Shown piece by piece: positions 56,885-64,000 of a DNA stretch of 64,000 bases. The notes beneath the pieces are model-generated. The model searched no databases. It saw only the letters and a list, made by a program, of their open reading frames with translations, and was not told the DNA's origin. Where the stretch lies: NCBI GenBank assembly GCA_973895155.1, contig OZ316896.1:1488001-1552000 (forward strand). Direction: 5' to 3'. The stretch's first letter is position 1. Each line of letters begins with the position of its first letter. The DNA comes from Marsupella aquatica. Its lineage: Eukaryota > Plantae > Marchantiophyta. Position numbers and translations under genes: made by a program.

Positions 56885-58140
56885 AACTTCCAACTCCTAG
56901 ATGTCCTTCAGCGAAGAAGTTCACCTTAGGAGTTCTTTTCATTCTGCCGGAGCTCGTCATCAGGAAGAATTTGACCAGCTCTCCTAGAATTATCAATGGT
57001 AGCTACAAGTGATTCCAATTGTTCCCTTGATGGAGGTGTATCATTAACTTTGATAGATCGGTGAATATCGTACGTTGTCACTCCAATGACCAGAAGCCTG
57101 CAAAGACAATCACACCGTTCAAACCAGACTTTGAAAGAGATTTCTACCTCATTTCCTGTCTCCAAAAGTTCCAGACCATTAAAAATAGTCATCCTACTGA
57201 CTCTCCACTCAATTTGGCACAGAAGTTACGAAGAATGTCAACGTCCCCTTGCTTCTTGGAATCTATCCGCCGCTACTGTTACAAGAAGGCCAACGATGTT
57301 TGCGTCATCCTCTCGTTCTCAGCGCTTACGGCAGCTCGGGCTGTCCAATGCAACAATGGACTTCGCATTGTCTCTGCAGGGTTTGCTCATGGTTGGGTCC
57401 CCTAAAAACATCTCCTCTCCTCACCCTTGTACAATGGAAATTCAATTACAACTGACACCTAATCTGGACGTGGATTGTTCAAGCAAATGTATACGAGACA
57501 CTCATCCTCCATAGTCTGTTTAAACAAAGTCGACTCAATCCATGTAATTCCCGTCACGACCGATAGCAGTCACGTCAAAAGAAATCGAGGACCAAAGGAG
57601 TTCAGTGGCCTCCAATCAGTAATGAAGGGATTAGCTGAACGGACAACTAGTGTTTTGTTTACAGCTCAACGATCCAATTGCTTGTAGACTAGACTAGGCA
57701 TCGTTTGCGATCAAAAGGCTCTAAGAAGCGTCAACATGTAGGTAGACAGACATACGCGCAAAGCCCACACCCCACATTGTACGCCCTTTTGATGTCATTC
57801 TCGTTGTATGTTTCGAGCATCGCCTTGAATTTCCGGAGCATCTCTCGCCGAGAACAGAGTGCGCCAGACAGGCCAAGAGTAACAGGTCTCCAACCTCAAG
57901 AAAGAATTGGAGCGAGAGGGGTCCTTGCTCTTCACATGTGGATCCCTATGTTCAAGCCCAACCAACTTCTTCCTCAATCTTCGCTTCACAAATATCTTCT
58001 GGGACTCGTCGAGTTCCAGCTTCACATACAATGATCCCAAGGCAGAATTCCACCTAGTTTCACAAAATCACGAGGAACTCGCACCTGTTTCTTACTATTC
58101 ACGGCTTGGTACTTTCCCCATTACGGCAGTCTCGTGGTAA
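56885..58140 (+). pseudogene. Probable F-box protein pseudogene
   Basis: F-box-like start ILPELVIRKNL...WRCII at ~56940-57045 with stops, and AVQCNNGL (SCNGL-like) further on; fragmented across frames. Confidence 0.45.
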
Positions 58141-59258
58141 AGCTACTTGGAAAGTTTTCCTCATCTCCAAAATACACCTCGACATATCAAGCGAAAGCTA
58201 GAGCGCGGGCGTTGACAACAAGCTTGCCTGTTTGATTGAAAAAGGCGCTTTCTGGTGTCCTCGCGAGAGGACACGAACTTGCCAAGTGACGATATCGACA
58301 AGAGGGAAACGAATGAAGGGTAGGAAACCCATCATTAGCTGGTTAACGACACCCAAAACCCGTCTTGTAAGGACTATACGGAAAAGTTGAAAATTATGAA
58401 AGCCGCACTTGAAACGAGGATCACATTTCAGGCCACAGAACCCGTATGGCAAACGAATTTTAGATTTGATGAGCAACTCCATGACACGCAGCGTCTTCTT
58501 CTCAAATCAAACCCGAGTATGCAACCCCACAAGGACATCCAGATGCTCACTATTTATTTCAAAGCTGGTTTTAGGAACGGAGCTAGGACCTAAACGAACA
58601 GTGTTTGTTCCACTGCAGAGCTCAATTGGACGTTGTGTCTTCCCTTCAGTGATTTCCGGATTGCCGTCGTGTCTTTCCTTCACTGGTTTCCTTCACTGGT
58701 TTCCTGAAAGTGTTTTTTCAGCTTTTACTGCTGATGAATTGTACATCACCCTCCTGATTTTCTGCAGGCAGTTAATCTCTAGATTCTGTTGTGAAGGTTG
58801 CGGTGTATCCTGGAGATGTACAAGCCAGGAAAATCACATTACAGAAGGGTTTCAGGATGTTCACGGGCTATGAATGTGATATTTATGTGACATAATCATA
58901 AGGATTTCAATCTTAAAATGTTTGAGCTTTATATGAACATCGTCATCAAGCCTTTTCATTCTGAATGAATATGACAAGGGACTATATGTCATTGCCACAC
59001 TGATGTACATTGTCAGACCTAATTTAATTCCAGATCGGTGGATTGGGAACAAAAATTTCGAATCCTTATCATTGAATCATATAAATTTCTACAAAAGTGA
59101 ACAGCAAACAATTTGCGCGACGCCCTGACTGCAGGAGGAATTTTTCCTTGCTCGTCAGCACAGCCACGGGATGATTATATTTGGGGCTTTGAACATTGCA
59201 ATAGCCACGCGACGAGAACTGATTGACCACGACGAAAGCTCAACATCAACAACGAGTC

Positions 59259-62200
59259 TCATAATTGTAAAGGCCTTGCGGTGAACGATGGTGAACTTGA
59301 TTCTTCACAAAGAAGTTCAATTGCCACGACCTCTTCCGACAGTGGAGAATACTTCAGCCCGCGCTCAAATAAGCCTGTTACGAAACACATTCGTTAATAC
59401 CGTATACAAATCAGTAGTAGTAGTAGTAATAGTTGAGACCGTCAATGCCCTATCAAAAGAATTATGTAAGAGAAGCCGAAGATTTTCCAGAAGAAGTAAA
59501 GAATCGCATGCTATACACACCTGCTCCTAACCTACGGCCGTCGTGAAGCTCCTTTGCAAAAGGCAAATCAGCCCACAAACCAATAGCAGCCTTGTTTCCA
59601 GGCTGAAAACCTATTACTTTTCCGTTCCTTGTAAGCACCACCTTTTTTGTAGGACATGACAATGTATTTAGCACATTTTCATATTGCAGTGCATAATCCT
59701 AAGAATAAAGCAGCGCTGTTAATACTAGTAAACCAATTATTACAAGGCATGAGGCAGCCAGAAAAGCCATGGTCAGTTCATAATACGTCACCTTCAGCAC
59801 TGACAAGTCCTCGTCCAAATCACAACGCACAGCATTCCCACTATGCGTATCGGATCTTCTAGTCAAGGACTGAATGACCAAGTATATTGTTAACACTAAA
59901 CATTTCTTCAAGTTCCATTTTCGAAACTTTAAATGGTAAGAAACACTAGGCATGTACCTGATAAACAAGTAAGGATTTGCCTTCCAACGTTTGTACACTG
60001 TTTGTTCCAGAATCTTGAACAACGCGTACTTGATCCTCTACGTCCCGTGTCACATCTTGACGGGCATTAACATCAGCATTTTCAACCCTTGACTCTGCTC
60101 TCGTTTGTGTTCTTCCCCATTGACTCAGGTCTGACCCAATCCAGGCACCTTTCTCTGGACTGCTTTCGACCTCCCCAGGAAGGTTAAATGCATCCTTCAG
60201 TCTTTTAACTACTTGGAGGCAGAATGATTCCATCTCCTCAGCTGGAATGACCTCGTTCTTTGGAAGTAGTGGCTGCATCGACAAGTCATGTGGGTTTATC
60301 AGAACCACACTTGGCTTAAAGGTATGATTCAAGAGCCATTTGCCAGTATGCTTCGGAATTCACTTATAAACAAACAAAATAAAACGAGGGATAAGGCAGG
60401 CTCAGACAGAGATACGCAGTCAAACGTACCATGACTGAAAAAATGAAAGAGAATTTGAGAGAAGACTATTTAGAGTCTGACCTGTCGATCAGTTCGAACA
60501 CGGCACCATTTCTCCGTGAATGACGAATCAGAACTAGAAACAGATGACGCCATGGAAAACTTGCTTGAGAGTACGATGGCTGAAGGAGTTTTCAATTTAG
60601 CTACTACAAGCATACCAACGAGGAGTGCTCCTCCGGTTATGCACGACAGAGCTACTGTCCACACAGTCTTGGCCACCTATTACACCAGAGAAAAAACACC
60701 TCCGTTAGAAGCCCTGTAGGAAACCTCAGGGATCTCAACTTCAAGGTCTTGACTTCAGGCATCAGCATTCAACCCACTACAGAAGTACCTCACCACAATA
60801 CCACAAACAGTATCCCATAAATATCAGAAGTATCAATCCAGAATGGAGAGCTTAGCACCTTACTCTGGGAAAGATGAGACACTTGCAGTTCTACCCCGCT
60901 GCGAAGAGCCTTGGCTGGAGTCGTGTACTTGTCTTCATAATATAGATCTAACATGTCAGCTAAGTCTACCTGTAGCACCAAACGTTATGGTTTTCATCAT
61001 TACAAACCAAAAAAAAAAACTGGTCTGAATTGAAGTGAAAGCCCATGGCATCCCAGCATCAGGCGCCTCGTCAATAGTATTGATATAAATGACACAAAAT
61101 TGGCCTTCCGACCTGAGGAAAACTAGAGGTCGACAGTGAGGAAGAAAAAGCTTACAACTCTATTTCAGAGGCGAGGAGTCCATTGTTCCCTTCCCAAATT
61201 AGTTTTGTAAGAAATGGCTCCACACATGAAGGACAATGAGACCCACATGCATTGAACTAAGGTTTGCTCACAGAGTTTGGACATCTGAAATCCAAATATT
61301 AGTCTTTATCTCGAAACATTCTTACATAGAAGAGGCTCAACCTACCAATTGAGAGTGTGTAAGATACAATTCAAGAACTTGTTCAGTCTTCGTAGTTTGC
61401 CAACCCTTGGCAATAACTTTTAATTTGCTTGTGTCAATTTGTACTTTATGGATTGGAATGAACTCGGTGATCCAATTTTCTGGAACCTGATCTGGAAGGA
61501 TATCAGATGGGAGAGAAAAAGAAGGAGTTGGCCACCAAGCTTGATAGGTTCTTCTTGTTTCTCCTAATGCATTTTTCCAATCCAATATTCTCGTGGCCTG
61601 CTCCCTAATTTCACTCAGTGAAAGGGATCTGACACCAATAGCTTTATTTTGGGCCCAAATCCACTCTGGTTTTCTCCAGAATGCGAATCTCTTGTCATGC
61701 CTGCTCCGTCCAGAGAGTCTGTGATGAAAGTTGTCCTTCATAGTTTCCATAGAATATGAGCTGACTACTTGAGCAAGCCCTTCCAGAACTTTAGGATCCC
61801 GAGACTCCAGACTGGCCACGACTGCATCCTGTGCATTGGTACAGAAAATTCGTTAAATATAAGTAATTCGAGACGCACCGAATCCTGACTTTCGAGCCAT
61901 AACAGTAAAACAATTGGCGACAATACAAAGTACAGGTCAGCGCACAGGATAGCAAATGGGGATCATAAGTTAACCAATTGAGTTATCGGACATAAATAAC
62001 ACGTGACGAACGAAGGTACCTCCTGTTCATTCGCCAGGTTAGCCATTTCTCTCGCTATGCCTGGACTGCGTATATGGATGTCAAAGGTCAACAGATGTCG
62101 CATTACCACCCTTTGAAAAGCTTTGGCTAGGGCATTTCCCGATGACATGCTTATTTTCTTATGGATCCAAATCGACTTGGCTGCCCTGTTCACCACATGA

Positions 62201-63052
62201 GTCGGTGCGAGCTGCAACAAAAGCGAATGACTGCTTGAGAGGAGGTGAAAGTCCAACCACATCCAATTGACAACGTAATCACGGAACATTTCAGGGTTTA
62301 AGACAATCCCACAAAATCAGGTTTCAGAAAAGCCAACCCCCAAGCCTCTCTGACTCTGTTTGAATCATACTAAAAATTTCATATCCAATTATTTATTCAT
62401 AAACTTCTTCACAAAACTTAAACAAAAAGTGACGGGAGACATTCTCTCATACGAGCTTCGTAGAAACAGTGCTATGTTCCCCTGACCGGCCAGGAATGAT
62501 AGTCTCCACAGTCATCAGAGGCCTCCCTTTCGAAAGCTCGTCCGCGGCCGTTAGCCCACCATCAGCAGCCATTGCTTCAGTGGCCTGCCAGGCCTGGGCG
62601 TCCCCAGTCACCGCCAGAGTACAGAGATCATTACGATAAACCCTCATTATCGGATATATCGTGGAATCCTCAAGCGCCGTCGCCTTCTTATTATCCTGCT
62701 CACCCGTCCGCCCTTTCCTGCCATTCTCATCCGTCCCAACCCCAGTCTCAAATTCCGCCTGCCCATCTGCTCGCCCCACCTCCGCCTGAGCTCTAACGTG
62801 AAACCCCAACTCCTCCTCTCCACAACCGAGCTGATTGCATCTCCTTATCCGTGACACGCCCAATTTGCAGCCCTTCCCGGACGACAAAGCTCCGCGATTT
62901 GTTCTCAAAGCTGCTGGAGCGAGGTCGAGAGAAGCAGAAGCATGATGCGATGAAGGTGATGGGGAAACACCGGTTGTGGATTGGAACGAGACGGAAATAA
63001 GGCAGGGTCGTGGCGTGGTCGCGGCCGCTGCCAGGGCCCCGGCGAGAGCCAT
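59259..63052 (-). CDS. Plastid-targeted protein resembling Arabidopsis ANGULATA10 (At1g28530 family), multi-exon
   Basis: Transit-peptide-like N-terminus, then AMAADGG...VETIIPG..EHSTVSTKL, WWPTPS, WITEFIPIHKVQID, LTHSQL|VDLADMLDLYYED, one TM exon, VVLTRNGKVIGFQP...WADLPFAKELH, last exon GLFERGL...VVAIELL...ARPLQL* (stop 59259). Family match is from memory. Confidence 0.7.
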
Positions 63053-64000
63053 AGAGAGGAGAATTGGGAATTGAAGCTCCTCGAGCTCAATCGCTTTGTA
63101 AGAGCATCTCGTCTGCGTGCTCCCTGTCTTTACAGTACCTTACACCCTTCACGTCTATTAGTATGTGTTTAGAATCTAATTAGTGTGAGTCGAAATTAGT
63201 GTTACCATCGTCTCTGTTAAGCCACCACTAGCCATGACACAAAACCTGGTTAGAGTTTCACCATAAATAGTATTTTTTCTTGGATTTGTGGAGCAATATC
63301 GAACCCAGAGAGTAAATCAATCCCTGGACCCCATGTTATTCTAGAAAGACCCCATGTTATTCTAGAAACTGAAGCCTAGATGGACCTCCAAATCTAAAGA
63401 AAAAAAATTTCAAAATTGAAGTCAATGTTTGACACTTGAAATAGTTATCAAATTTACCAATGCAACCATAATTAACATCAAATACAAAACCAGTTTTTAG
63501 AACTAAATCTATCGATGTTAAGTTCATTAAAAAGCTAAATAAATTCTAAAATTCATAATCTCCTTAGTACTCGATAAAATCTGTTAATTTTAGTTTCATT
63601 CTCATGAAAGGGGTCAACATTTCAAGGGTTGTACAACAAAGATTTCTATTCACGTTAGAGATTATGAAATCATGGGTAAAATCTAATTTTCAAATTACTT
63701 ATTCAATTCTTATTGAATGATGACAATGCTGAACTCATTAGGACCGTCTCTTCAAGATCTTTCCAACGCCATATTATACGTGAGTTTTTATTATGATTTG
63801 ACTTAACAATATCAAATTAAAAATTGTTGTCGGGAAGATTTTATGTTTTGAACAAAATCAAAATGGAAATAAATCCGTTACTGGGAGTAGTTTTACCTCA
63901 ATTATTTTGTCTTTTGATTTGCATGTCATTTTTTTACATTCTTTTTTACGGCATGGCGTCCCAGTTTTTACAGCAAAGTTACCACAAACACGAATGTAGA

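Overview
Intron-rich land-plant nuclear DNA; gene content and style suggest a bryophyte, probably a Marchantiales liverwort (inferred, not proven). Apparently intact genes, left to right: a GDPD-like/SHV3-family glycerophosphodiesterase (-, runs off the left edge), a GH2 LacZ-type beta-galactosidase (-), DXS (+, 10 exons), an intronless prenylcysteine oxidase/FCLY (+), a two-exon ankyrin-PGG gene (+), an unusual prokaryote-like type-II P-type ATPase (-), a YfcE-like metallophosphoesterase (-) and an ANU10-like plastid protein (-). Decayed or mobile material: an LRR-RLP pseudogene, an ankyrin-PGG pseudogene, two F-box-like remnants, a 3.5-kb Mutator-like element (9-bp TSD) carrying a Copia solo LTR, LINE-like tails and many short tandem duplications. 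Three observations stand out. (1) The sequence immediately upstream of the DXS ATG is an antisense, split 18S rRNA pseudogene; its gene-proximal half has kept its CpGs while the distal half is CpG-decayed, and it contains a candidate intron. (2) The P-type ATPase has PEELP in TM4, an H+/K+-ATPase-like TM5-Lys/TM6-Glu pair and an extra N-terminal hydrophobic hairpin. (3) The segment missing from the ankyrin pseudogene lies about 1.6 kb downstream of it, inside another pseudogene. All exon coordinates and homology calls were made by eye from remembered family motifs; no database searches were run.
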